Positions 29,171-38,644 of a stretch of DNA of 64,000 nucleotides are shown here, piece after piece (within the stretch, counting starts at the first letter, position 1; each line of letters starts with the position of its first letter). Below the pieces are notes generated by a model that saw only the letters and a program-made list of their open reading frames with translations, had not been told where the DNA came from and did not search any database. The DNA comes from Polyangiales bacterium (GTDB taxonomy: Bacteria; Myxococcota_A; Polyangia; Polyangiales; Polyangiaceae), in contig JBBRNJ010000051.1 of NCBI GenBank assembly GCA_038230375.1, positions 1-64,000 of the forward strand, given 5' to 3'. The position numbers and the translations under genes were made by a program.

Positions 29171-30268
29171 GTGACACCGGAAGACGAGCTCGCGCACATC
29201 CTTCGACCCGCTGGCGGCGGCCTCTACCTGGTCTCCACGGGCCGGGACGAGCAGCTCGCGCTCCAGCGAAAGTTGTATGATGCATCTACCGACGCCGACG
29301 TGGACGCGAAGTGGCGCCTTGCGCTGGGACGCATCAAGACGGCGAAGGCGTGCGTGCTGGGCATTCCTTCCGACGTGGGCGCGGGCTTCCGGCGCGGCGC
29401 GAACATGGGCCCGCAGGCGATCCGCACGCGAACCCTGCTCGAGGACCCCGCCTATCCGGACTACGCGAAGGCGAATGGCATCCTCGACATCGGTGACGTG
29501 TTCTGCGTTCCGCAGCTGCTCTCCGACGACATGCTCTCTGACGACCAGAAGGCCCGCGCTCGCGCCGCTCTCTATCCCTCGCTCACCGCGTCTGATCGTG
29601 ACGCGTTGCCAGTGTCGCCGCTCTCGATCGCCGAACGCGCGTGGAACCTGGTGTTCGCGCTGAACCCCGACGTGAGGCCCATCACGCTGGGAGGAGATCA
29701 CTCCACCGCGTGGCCGGTTGTCGCGGCGCTGCACGCACGCGAGCGCACCCCATTCGGCATCGTGCAGATGGATGCACACACGGACCTCATGAAGGAGCGG
29801 CTCGGCATCAAGATGTGCTTCGCGACGTGGTCGTACCACGCGAACGAGCTGCTCGGCCGAAGCGGCCGGCTCACGGAGGTGGGCATCCGCGCCACGCGCA
29901 AGGACCGCGGCACGTGGGAAGGCGATCTTGGCGTGCGGCAGTTCTGGGCCGACGAGTGCAACGGCGACGAGGCGAAGGCGATCGACGCGATCGTCGCGCA
30001 CGTCAAGAGCACCGGCACGAAGGCCATCTACTTCTCCAACGACATCGACGGCACCGACGCGGCATGGGCCGACGCGACCGGCACGCCCGAGCCCGGCGGC
30101 CTACGCCCCGACTTCGTGGTGGACCTGATTCACCGCCTGGGCAAGGAGCTCACGATCCTGGGTGCGGACGTGATGGAAGTCGCGCCGCCTCTCCGCGACG
30201 ATCCCACGAAGACCGTATCGCTCGCAGTGCGCTACCTCCGCGAGTCACTCACGGCAATGGGCCTCTAG
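29171..30268 (+). CDS. Arginase/agmatinase family ureohydrolase
   Basis: GGDHS, DAHTD, SNDIDGTD, TGTPEPGG. Confidence 0.92.
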   Translation: MTPEDELAHILRPAGGGLYLVSTGRDEQLALQRKLYDASTDADVDAKWRLALGRIKTAKACVLGIPSDVGAGFRRGANMGPQAIRTRTLLEDPAYPDYAKANGILDIGDVFCVPQLLSDDMLSDDQKARARAALYPSLTASDRDALPVSPLSIAERAWNLVFALNPDVRPITLGGDHSTAWPVVAALHARERTPFGIVQMDAHTDLMKERLGIKMCFATWSYHANELLGRSGRLTEVGIRATRKDRGTWEGDLGVRQFWADECNGDEAKAIDAIVAHVKSTGTKAIYFSNDIDGTDAAWADATGTPEPGGLRPDFVVDLIHRLGKELTILGADVMEVAPPLRDDPTKTVSLAVRYLRESLTAMGL

Positions 30269-30292
30269 GCTTCTAGTCAGAAGGCCAGGCTT

Positions 30293-31141
30293 CTAGACTT
30301 CGTTTTTGACGACTTCGGAGCCGTTGCGGTCGGCGATGAGCTTGGCGGCCTCTGCCTCTTGCACTTCTTGCAGCTGACGGGCGTGCTCCAGCTCGAGGGC
30401 GGCTTCCTTGCCGATGTCGTCCTCGCGCGGGATCCAGCCGGTGATGGCCGTGATGATCTTCTCCGAGGTCTCGAAGAAGCGGACCGCTCGGAGCGGGCCG
30501 TTCATCCAGCCAACGGTGATGCAATACGCGCGATCGTACGGCGCCGAGTGATGCTGCTGGTGGTGCTCCTTCGTGAGGATGAGGCGCATGCGCTGGAGGA
30601 ACGCCGCGATCGCCGGCGGCTGATCCATGTGACCGTACTTGTGGATCTGGCTCGTGAACGCGATGAACAGCGACCACGAGATGCACGCCATGCCGAAGAA
30701 GGTACTGACCAGACCGTGCTCGTGCGGTCCGTCACCGAAGACGTGCATCAGGTAGAGCCCGGTGCTGGTGCTGACCACGGTGAGCGTGAAGTTGTGGCCG
30801 TTCGTCTCCACGAAGTCGTGGCGGGTGATCGCCTTCTGGTCGACGTGGTGCTCGCGGAAGGTACGGATCGCAAGGCGACCCAGGATGGGCGTGTCAACGC
30901 CACCCCACGTATCGAAGCCCCAGTGAAATAGACCCGACGTGAAGTCCGCCGCGAGGATGCCGCAGAAGATGGCGAGCGGCGCCCACCAGCCCGACGGGGC
31001 GCTGTGCGCAAGGCGCCAGACGAGCCATCCTGCGAGGCCCGTCGCGAGCATCATTCCGCCGAGCTCGTACGCGCGGTGTCCGGCGGTATAGCCAGAGGCC
31101 AACTCGTGTGAGTCTTTTCTGCGCGTTCCGGGTGACGACAT
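30293..31141 (-). CDS. carF: CarF/TMEM189-family lipid desaturase (plasmanylethanolamine desaturase-like)
   Basis: ADFTSGLFHWGFDTWG, FREHH, QIHKYGH, HHQQHH, YCITVGW His boxes. Confidence 0.88.
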   Translation of the reverse strand: MSSPGTRRKDSHELASGYTAGHRAYELGGMMLATGLAGWLVWRLAHSAPSGWWAPLAIFCGILAADFTSGLFHWGFDTWGGVDTPILGRLAIRTFREHHVDQKAITRHDFVETNGHNFTLTVVSTSTGLYLMHVFGDGPHEHGLVSTFFGMACISWSLFIAFTSQIHKYGHMDQPPAIAAFLQRMRLILTKEHHQQHHSAPYDRAYCITVGWMNGPLRAVRFFETSEKIITAITGWIPREDDIGKEAALELEHARQLQEVQEAEAAKLIADRNGSEVVKNEV

Positions 31142-31268
31142 CGTGCCTCCAGGGAGAATGGCAACCGAACGCCTCGCTTACAAGCGTAATGTGTCGGTAT
31201 TACCGATTTCTGACAGGGCTACGCCCGAGGGCGCGCGCCGGACGCAAGATCGGTGTAAAACGCGCGCC

Positions 31269-33065
31269 ATGCGCGCATCTCGGCCCTCTCTTTTTGCCCT
31301 GGTCATCGGACTCTCGCTGGGGGCGGCGTGCTCGCCCGCGGAGAAGCCCGCCTACGTGCCGGTGCCGGTGGTCGATGCTGCTCCGCCTCCTCCCACCGCG
31401 CTGGCCGTTGACGCGGGAGTCGCGCCACCGCCAGTAGAGAATCCGGACGACGAGGCGATCGCGAAGGCCGAGAAGGACTTCGTGGATCTCGTAGCCCGCA
31501 CGTGGCCCGAGACCGCGACGACGCTGGGCCTGCACGACAAGGACGACGAGCTCGACCCGCGCGACCAGAAGTCCTGGGACAAGGCCCTTGCCGACGAGGA
31601 CGCGATGCTCACCGACCTGCGCGAGCGCTTCAAGGCGCCGAAGGCGAGCAAGGCCGCGCGCATCAACCTCGAGATCATGCAGCACTGGCTCGCGCTCAAC
31701 GTCCGCTACGCGCGCGTGCAGCGCCCGCTCCAGCGCTCGCCTTCGATCTACAACACCTCCCTCAACGCGCTCTTCCTCATGACCGCGCGCGAGTATGCGC
31801 CCGCCGACGTGCGCGCGAAGAACGTGATCGCGCGGCTCGAGCGCATCCCCGGCGTCATCAAGGCCGCGAAGCAGAACCTGCTGAACCCGCCCAAGGTGTG
31901 GACGCAGGTCGGCATCGAGGAGGCGAAGGCGGCAAAGTCCTTCTTCGACGACATCAAGCCGTTCCTCGTGAAGTCGCTCCCGAACGACAAGCCGCACGTG
32001 GAGGCCGCGCTCAAGAACGCGAGCGCAGCGTACGAGGACTACGTGAGGTTCCTCTCGAACGACGTGATGAAGCGCTCCAATGGCGGCTTCGCGGCAGGGC
32101 GCGAGCTGTTCGACTTCATGCTGCGCGAGGACTTCGGCATTGACGACAACGCGGACCAGATCCTGGCGACCGGCAAGCGCGTGTTCGAGCAGACGGACGC
32201 GCAGATGACGGAGGTGGGCAAGCGCCTGGACCCGAAGGCCAAAGGCTGGGCCGAGGTCATCAAGAAGCTGAAGGGCAACCACCCGAAGGCGGACGATCTG
32301 CTCTCGTCCTACCGGACCGAGGTGCTGCGGGCGAAGAAGTTCCTCGCAGACAAGGACGCGATCGCGTTCCCGCCCGGCGACGACCTGGACATCATCGACA
32401 CGCCGCCGTTCCAGCGCAGCACCGTGACTGCCGCGTACGATCAGCCGCCGCCGTTCGACAAGGTCACGAAGGGCTTCTTCTTCGTGACGCCCGTGGACAA
32501 GACGCTCTCGAAGGCGAAGCAGGAAGAGATGCTGCGCGAGAGCGACCACGGCGACCTGGTCGACACGAGCGTGCACGAGGCGTATCCGGGCCACCACCTG
32601 CAGCTCTCGTTCGCGCGCATCCATCCGTCGCCCGCGCGTCGCGTGTCCTCGCCCAGCGTGTTCGCGGAGGGCTGGGCGCTCTACTCGGAGGAGCTCATGA
32701 ACGAGCTCGGTTACTACACGGACGAAGAGCGCATGCTGCAGCTCGAATGGACGCTCGTTCGCGCCGCGCGCATCGTGATCGACGTGGGCCTGCACACGCA
32801 GGGCATGTCGTTCGAGGACGGCGTGAAGATGCTGACCGACAAGGTGCACCTGGAGCACGAGCTCGCCGTGAGCGAGGTGAAGCGCTACACGACCTCGCCC
32901 ACGCAGCCCTCGAGCTACCTGATCGGGCGCGAGGCGATCTTCAAGCTCCGCGAGCGCTACAAGGCGAAGATGGGCGACAAGTACACGCTGAAGGCGTTCC
33001 ACACGGAGGCGCTCTCACACGGGACGATCGCGCCGGGCATGCTCGGTCGCGAGATGTTCGACTGA
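31269..33065 (+). CDS. DUF885 family lipoprotein (metallopeptidase-like)
   Basis: Lipobox GAAC; HEAYPGHHLQ, EGWALYSE, EVKRY, LKAFH. Confidence 0.92.
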   Translation: MRASRPSLFALVIGLSLGAACSPAEKPAYVPVPVVDAAPPPPTALAVDAGVAPPPVENPDDEAIAKAEKDFVDLVARTWPETATTLGLHDKDDELDPRDQKSWDKALADEDAMLTDLRERFKAPKASKAARINLEIMQHWLALNVRYARVQRPLQRSPSIYNTSLNALFLMTAREYAPADVRAKNVIARLERIPGVIKAAKQNLLNPPKVWTQVGIEEAKAAKSFFDDIKPFLVKSLPNDKPHVEAALKNASAAYEDYVRFLSNDVMKRSNGGFAAGRELFDFMLREDFGIDDNADQILATGKRVFEQTDAQMTEVGKRLDPKAKGWAEVIKKLKGNHPKADDLLSSYRTEVLRAKKFLADKDAIAFPPGDDLDIIDTPPFQRSTVTAAYDQPPPFDKVTKGFFFVTPVDKTLSKAKQEEMLRESDHGDLVDTSVHEAYPGHHLQLSFARIHPSPARRVSSPSVFAEGWALYSEELMNELGYYTDEERMLQLEWTLVRAARIVIDVGLHTQGMSFEDGVKMLTDKVHLEHELAVSEVKRYTTSPTQPSSYLIGREAIFKLRERYKAKMGDKYTLKAFHTEALSHGTIAPGMLGREMFD

Positions 33066-33121
33066 GTTACCCGCCCACCGTGAGCAAGCGGCATCTCTGT
33101 TTCTCGGGCTAGGATCCGGAG

Positions 33122-34663
33122 GTGCGGGCCCCCATCGCCGTCCTCGGTTGTCTCGCCGTCGCGCTGGCCGCGTTGGTGCTGATCTACCCGGTGCCCGTGG
33201 GCCCGAAGATCAGGGCCGCCGTCTACGGGCGGACGGACGCGTCGCTCGTCTACATGGGGGAGTGGGAGGGGGAGAACGACGAACTCGACGCGGCGCTCCA
33301 TCATGGCGTCGTGCGGCCCGCGAACAACGTGGTGGCATGCGAGGTCCGGGTGAAGAAGCCTCTGCGCCGCACGTTCGCGATCCCGGAGTGTGATGGCTAC
33401 GAGCTCGTCGCGGACGAGTCCGGCAATCGGCTCGCTTGGGGCCCCAGGAACCAAGCGCATCGCCTTGTCTACTTCGGCTCGCATGGCCGCAGCTTCGATG
33501 CGCCGGCGGACATCGCGGGCCCGGTCGCATGGGCCGATGTCCCGACGCTGGCCGACGAGCTGCCGACGCTCGCGCGCGCGACGCTCGAAGAAGAGGCGCG
33601 TCTTCGCGAGGCCATTTTTCCCGACGATCCACGCACCCCGGAGCTCCCGCGCGACTTCGGGCACCTGGTCATGGACGAGGTGCGCGATGCGCAGGGGAGC
33701 GACGCGCTCGGTGACATCTTGATCAGCACGACCAACGTTCCGGTGGTGCCTGACTCGCCAACATACGTCGGTCTGTGGGAGCGCGCTTTCGCGATGACCG
33801 AGCCGAAGGCGGCGTCCGCGGTCCGCGAATCCTTGCGCAACGCGGTCTCGCTGCGCGAACCGGGCGAGGAGGTGCTTGCGCGGGCCCTGCACGTTGTCGA
33901 TCTGTCGGCGCCGTCGGATGACGCTATGCTCACGCTGCGCGCCCTTGAGCTGATGAACAGCGGAACGAACGGGAGCCTCCTGGGCGTGCTCCTGCGGCGA
34001 CTCGCGAAGGTGCGGCCGCGCCTCGCGTGCGACGTGCTGAGTCTCGCTTCCGAACGCGGGTTCCACGGGGACGAGAGGTCCGATGAGCTTGGCGCCGCCC
34101 TCCTCGTGCTTGCCGCGACGCACACGCCGTGCGCGGCCGTAGACACGCTGCTCGCCTCGATCAAAGGGAAGTTGGATGCGCGTGCGTGTGACTCACCCGC
34201 GTGGTTTTGTCCGGAGTCGGACGATGCGACTGCTGTGCGCCGGCGGTGCTCCGCGGAGGAGCTCAGCGCCGGTGCCGCCGCACACGCGTTCGCTGCATGG
34301 CCCGAGCTGCAGCGCCCCGCGGGCTCGTGGGACCGGCTCTTCGCGTACGGTCTGGCTTACACCCTTGCCGCGCGCGGGCCGTTGTCCCCGACCCTTGAGC
34401 GGCTTCTCGCGCGCCAGTCCTATGCATGGCGGCCGGACGAGGGCCGCCCCTGCAGCAGCGCGCCCCCCGGCCAGGCGTGCACCCCCCACGTGAGCAAGGT
34501 CGCGTCCTGGAGTGTTTGCGTTGCGTCGCCGGTCATGCCCGTTCCAGACCATCCCCAGGTGCTTTTCGGCGAGCACCTTCTCCTCCGGTTCGACGACGCA
34601 ACGCGAGAGCGATGGATTGAACATGCGCTCGCCGATGGCGGGTCTGCCTCGGTGGGGAGATGA
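33122..34663 (+). CDS. Hypothetical protein, N-terminally anchored
   Basis: 513-aa ORF with N-terminal hydrophobic helix; TAGGAT box upstream; no family recognised. Confidence 0.6.
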   Translation: MRAPIAVLGCLAVALAALVLIYPVPVGPKIRAAVYGRTDASLVYMGEWEGENDELDAALHHGVVRPANNVVACEVRVKKPLRRTFAIPECDGYELVADESGNRLAWGPRNQAHRLVYFGSHGRSFDAPADIAGPVAWADVPTLADELPTLARATLEEEARLREAIFPDDPRTPELPRDFGHLVMDEVRDAQGSDALGDILISTTNVPVVPDSPTYVGLWERAFAMTEPKAASAVRESLRNAVSLREPGEEVLARALHVVDLSAPSDDAMLTLRALELMNSGTNGSLLGVLLRRLAKVRPRLACDVLSLASERGFHGDERSDELGAALLVLAATHTPCAAVDTLLASIKGKLDARACDSPAWFCPESDDATAVRRRCSAEELSAGAAAHAFAAWPELQRPAGSWDRLFAYGLAYTLAARGPLSPTLERLLARQSYAWRPDEGRPCSSAPPGQACTPHVSKVASWSVCVASPVMPVPDHPQVLFGEHLLLRFDDATRERWIEHALADGGSASVGR

Positions 34664-34800
34664 GTCGCGTCCCCGTTGGGTACCGGAAAGTCCGGTGGCC
34701 GAGCTATCTGGACTACCTGCGCCTCGCGAAATAGTGAACGCCCCAGAGTGTTTGCGCGGCTCCTGGACGGGGGCCGGACCCGCTGCTACACCCCACGCCG

Positions 34801-35589
34801 ATGTCGCTTCGCAGGGCCGCGATCTTGATCCTGGTGGGGGGAGGCTGCGCCGCGGCCTCGCTCACCACGGCACCCGCGGACGCCCGCGGGGGCTGCCCAG
34901 GCGACATGGTCAAGGTCGAGCCACGCACCGATCCGCCGGTGTCCGCGGCCACATCAGTTGCATACTGCATCGATCGCTACGAGGCGAGCCTGGTCACGCT
35001 CGCAAGCGCGCCTGGCACGCGACACGAGTCGCCGCACTCGCCGTTCGATTCCATCGCGAAGGACGAGAAGGTCCGCGCGGTGTCGCGCTCGGGCGTCATG
35101 CCACAGGCCTACATCTCTCGTAACGAGGCAGACTCCGCATGCAAGGCGTCGCGGAAGCGCCTCTGCAAGGAGGACGAGTGGGTCCACGCCTGCGAAGGCC
35201 GCAACCCCACCACGTTCCCCTACGGCGAGGATCACAGGGACGGCTACTGCAACGACTCCGGGAAGGCGCCCGTGGACCTCTTGCATCACGACATGGGCGA
35301 GGCCGCCTACGCGTCGTTCGCCGCCATGAACGATCCGCAGCTGAACCAGGTGCCCGGCACGCTTGCCCGCTCCGGCAGCCACCCTCACTGCCGCTCGGGG
35401 TTCGGCGCGTTCGACATGGTCGGCAACCTGCACGAGTGGGTGGAAGATCCGGGCGGCACGTTCCGGGGCGGCTACTACCGCGACACGCACCTGAACGGTG
35501 ACGGCTGCAAGTACAAGACCGTCGCGCACGACGCGAGCTACCACGACTACAGCACCGGCTTCCGCTGCTGCGCCGACCTCGGTCGGTAG
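34801..35589 (+). CDS. Secreted SUMF1/formylglycine-generating-enzyme family protein
   Basis: CIDRYEA, KRLC..DEW, FPYG, DMVGNLHEW, GFRCC. Confidence 0.9.
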   Translation: MSLRRAAILILVGGGCAAASLTTAPADARGGCPGDMVKVEPRTDPPVSAATSVAYCIDRYEASLVTLASAPGTRHESPHSPFDSIAKDEKVRAVSRSGVMPQAYISRNEADSACKASRKRLCKEDEWVHACEGRNPTTFPYGEDHRDGYCNDSGKAPVDLLHHDMGEAAYASFAAMNDPQLNQVPGTLARSGSHPHCRSGFGAFDMVGNLHEWVEDPGGTFRGGYYRDTHLNGDGCKYKTVAHDASYHDYSTGFRCCADLGR

Positions 35590-35592
35590 CCC

Positions 35593-36681
35593 GTGGCAGC
35601 CATCCGCCTGCTCTTGCCGGATCCCCAGAACCTCCAGCTCGTGCTGTTCTTCATGGCGAGGGCCGCTCGGTTCTTCGACGACGGCGGTCTCGCCATCGAG
35701 CTGTCCTCGCCGGACGCGCCCAACGGAGCGCGCGCGATGTTCGACAAGACGAAGCCTGACGCGATGCTGTTGCCCGCGCCCATGCTCGCGTCGATGGTCG
35801 CCGAGCGGGCCGAAATCGTCGTGTGCGCGAATGTGCTGGCGAATGATCCGATCAATCTCGTGTGCTCCGCCAAGGTGGCCGCGGAGCGCGGCTTGTCCGC
35901 GAAGAGGCCCCTCCGTGAGCGTCTGTCCGCGCTGAAAGGGCTACGCCTCGGCATCGCGCCGCATCCGCCGCCGCGTTTGCGTGCGCTCTTCGCGTCTGTC
36001 GGACTCTCCGCGGACGAGGTCGTTTCGGTCGTCACGCTACGCGGTCCAGACCAGAACCACGCGTTCACGAACGGTGAGGTTGACCTCCTGTACGCGCACA
36101 CGCCGTTTCTGGAGCACGCGATCGTGCGCGACCATGGCGTGCTCCTGGTCGATCAATCGAGCGGCGAGGTACCGGAGCTCTCCCACCGCCAGTTCCACGC
36201 GCTGGCATTCCGCCGCGAGTCACTCGTTTCGCGGCGTGGGGACGCGGTGGCCATGGTGCGCGCGCTCGCAAAGGCAGGACAGCTACTCCGCGTGAAGAAC
36301 GAGGAGGCCGGCGCAACGCTCGCGCGCTCGCTCCCCACGCGTAGCGACGAAGAGGTGCGTCTCATCGCGAAGATCTACGCACCCGCGCTCCCGCAGGACC
36401 TCACGCCGAGCGCCGAGGAGATCACAAAGAGCCTGCTCTTCTACCCGGAGCACATGCCGAAGCCCGATTTCACGGGTCGAGACCTGGGCCCATTCGTCGA
36501 CACGAGCATCGCGAAGGACGCACAGGACACACTTCGCGACACCCCGGGCGCCACCGCCGCGTCGAGCGATCATGCGCTCGCGCTCGGCGTGGGCGGCGCG
36601 GCGGTCTTGACGGTTGCGGCGCTGCTTGCGCTGCGCACCCGGCGAACCGGTAAGCCGCGCGCGCAGAAAAAAGGGGCCTGA
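35593..36681 (+). CDS. NMT1/SsuA-like substrate-binding-fold protein with C-terminal TM helix
   Basis: FFDDGGL, LKGLRLG, GEVD motifs; ends in a hydrophobic helix plus RTRR. Confidence 0.7.
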   Translation: MAAIRLLLPDPQNLQLVLFFMARAARFFDDGGLAIELSSPDAPNGARAMFDKTKPDAMLLPAPMLASMVAERAEIVVCANVLANDPINLVCSAKVAAERGLSAKRPLRERLSALKGLRLGIAPHPPPRLRALFASVGLSADEVVSVVTLRGPDQNHAFTNGEVDLLYAHTPFLEHAIVRDHGVLLVDQSSGEVPELSHRQFHALAFRRESLVSRRGDAVAMVRALAKAGQLLRVKNEEAGATLARSLPTRSDEEVRLIAKIYAPALPQDLTPSAEEITKSLLFYPEHMPKPDFTGRDLGPFVDTSIAKDAQDTLRDTPGATAASSDHALALGVGGAAVLTVAALLALRTRRTGKPRAQKKGA

Positions 36682-36682
36682 G

Positions 36683-38119
36683 CTACTTCAGCCGGAACTT
36701 GTAGAAGTAGGCGCCGCCTGCCCCTGCAGCTGCAAGCAGGAACAGGAAGAAGAACAGGATGCCGTTGCCGCGCTTCGGCTCCTTCAGCTGCGCCGCCATG
36801 ATCTCGTGCCTCACCGGCGCGAGCGGCGGGCTCGAGTGGCTCGAGTGCGGTGGCGGTACTGACTGCGGGGCCGGGATGGAAGGCGAGTTCCGGTTCGAGC
36901 TGTGCGGCGGCGGTACCGAGGGCACGTCCTCGAGCGCGGAGAGGTTGCCCTCTTGCAGCGCGCCCGAGAGCGAGCCCGTGAGCGAGTCCACCGAAGAGGG
37001 CTTGCGTTCGCCGATGCCGATCTCGTTCGCCCAGTTCGTGGGGTCCACGAACTGATCCGGATTGAGCGGCGAGGAGTGCTTGTTCGCGCCCGTGACGTCC
37101 GCATCCGAGGCGGTACCGTCTTCCTTGAGCGACGTGAACTCGAGGAGCGCCTCCTCGATGAGCTTGTCGATGATCGAGCCCTGCGGCGGGCGGATCTTCT
37201 GGCGCTCGCGCATGGCGCCTTGCACGAGCGTGGCGATGTCGAACGTGCCGATCGCCTCTCCATTCTTGAAGAGGAAGCGATTGAGGTCCTGCCCGAGCTC
37301 ACGGGCGGTCTGGTACCGGGAGCCCTGCTCGCGCGCGAGGGACTTCGCGACGATGCGCTCGAGCTCCGGCGGCACGCGCGGATTGATCTGGGCGATCGAA
37401 GGGACCACGGCCTGCTGGACCTTGCGGACGGTCTGGTAGTCCGTCTCCCCGAGGAACAAGCGCTGCCCGGACAGCATCTCCCAGAGCATGATGCCCACGG
37501 CGAAGATGTCGGTCCGTGCATCGACCTCCTGGCCGGTCGCCGCTTCCGGTGACAGGTAGGAGAACTTGCCCTTGATGATCCCGGGCTCGGATTTCTCGAG
37601 CTGCGTGGTGGCCTTCGCGAGGCCGAAGTCCACGATCTTCACCTCGCCGTACTTCGTGACGAGCACGTTCGGCGGGGACATGTCGCGGTGGACGATGTGC
37701 TGCGGGACGCCGTTGGCGTCCTTCATCTCGTGCGCGTAGGAGAGGCCCTTGCAGATCTCCGCGCAGATGAAGACGGCGGCGGGGACCGGAAATTCACGGC
37801 CTTGCTTGCGGATCGACTCGGCGATGGACTTGAGGTTCGCCCCGTCGACGAACTCCATGACGATGAAGTACGCGCTGTCGCCAACGCCGATGTCGAAGAC
37901 CTGAACGCAGTTCGAGTGCGAGAGCGACGCCGAGAGGCGTGCCTCGTCCAGGAACATGGAAATGAACTTCTTCTTCTCGCTGAGGTGCGGGAGGACGCGC
38001 TTGATCGCGACCTGCTTCTTGAACCCCTGGAGGCCCTCGCTCTCGGCGCGAAAAACCTCCGCCATACCGCCCGATTCGAGCTTTTCTATGACGCGGTATC
38101 GCTGCTGTTGCTCTGTCAT
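36683..38119 (-). CDS. Ser/Thr protein kinase, C-terminally anchored
   Basis: GGMAEVF, VAIKR, HRDMSPPN, DFG, GKFSYLSPE; terminal TM helix. Confidence 0.95.
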   Translation of the reverse strand: MTEQQQRYRVIEKLESGGMAEVFRAESEGLQGFKKQVAIKRVLPHLSEKKKFISMFLDEARLSASLSHSNCVQVFDIGVGDSAYFIVMEFVDGANLKSIAESIRKQGREFPVPAAVFICAEICKGLSYAHEMKDANGVPQHIVHRDMSPPNVLVTKYGEVKIVDFGLAKATTQLEKSEPGIIKGKFSYLSPEAATGQEVDARTDIFAVGIMLWEMLSGQRLFLGETDYQTVRKVQQAVVPSIAQINPRVPPELERIVAKSLAREQGSRYQTARELGQDLNRFLFKNGEAIGTFDIATLVQGAMRERQKIRPPQGSIIDKLIEEALLEFTSLKEDGTASDADVTGANKHSSPLNPDQFVDPTNWANEIGIGERKPSSVDSLTGSLSGALQEGNLSALEDVPSVPPPHSSNRNSPSIPAPQSVPPPHSSHSSPPLAPVRHEIMAAQLKEPKRGNGILFFFLFLLAAAGAGGAYFYKFRLK

Positions 38120-38241
38120 GGACGGGGCTGCACGATCTTTCGACCAGGACAGGGTGCCACCTATGGACGTTGGGGGTCAACCGAAAGTAGGATGCTCGGC
38201 GTAGGTAGGGGCAAAAGGAGGGTGGCGGCTTGTCAGAAGGC

Positions 38242-38634
38242 ATGAACGAAGCGCGTGGCATGGTGGAGGCCGCGATCCGCACCATCGGCCTCGACCCCGC
38301 GACTCTGCTGACGAAAGACAGCGGCGAGGGCGAGTCCAAGCAGGTCGCATGGACGCTGAAGCGCGGCAGTGCTGCCGTGCTCGTGATGCTGCTCCGCCGC
38401 GCAGACGTCGCGTCGCTGCGCGTGGTGTCGCCCACCATCGTGTTCGATCCGGCGAAGAAGGACGTCCTCTTCCCGCGCCTCCTCGAGCTCAACGCCGAGG
38501 GCACGGAGCGTCCCATCGTCGATCTCTCGGAGGCGGAGGTCGCTCACGCCATCCGTCTCGTGGCGGGTGTCTCGGATACGTACGACGACAAGCTGGTGGC
38601 CGAATACGGCGGAAAGCGCGCTTCAGACACATGA
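38242..38634 (+). CDS. YbjN/T3SS-chaperone-like protein, possibly internally deleted
   Basis: WTLKRGSA, LLELNA, ERP..DL, DTYDDKLVAEYGG pattern. Confidence 0.6.
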   Translation: MNEARGMVEAAIRTIGLDPATLLTKDSGEGESKQVAWTLKRGSAAVLVMLLRRADVASLRVVSPTIVFDPAKKDVLFPRLLELNAEGTERPIVDLSEAEVAHAIRLVAGVSDTYDDKLVAEYGGKRASDT

Positions 38635-38644
38635 GCTCGCACCC

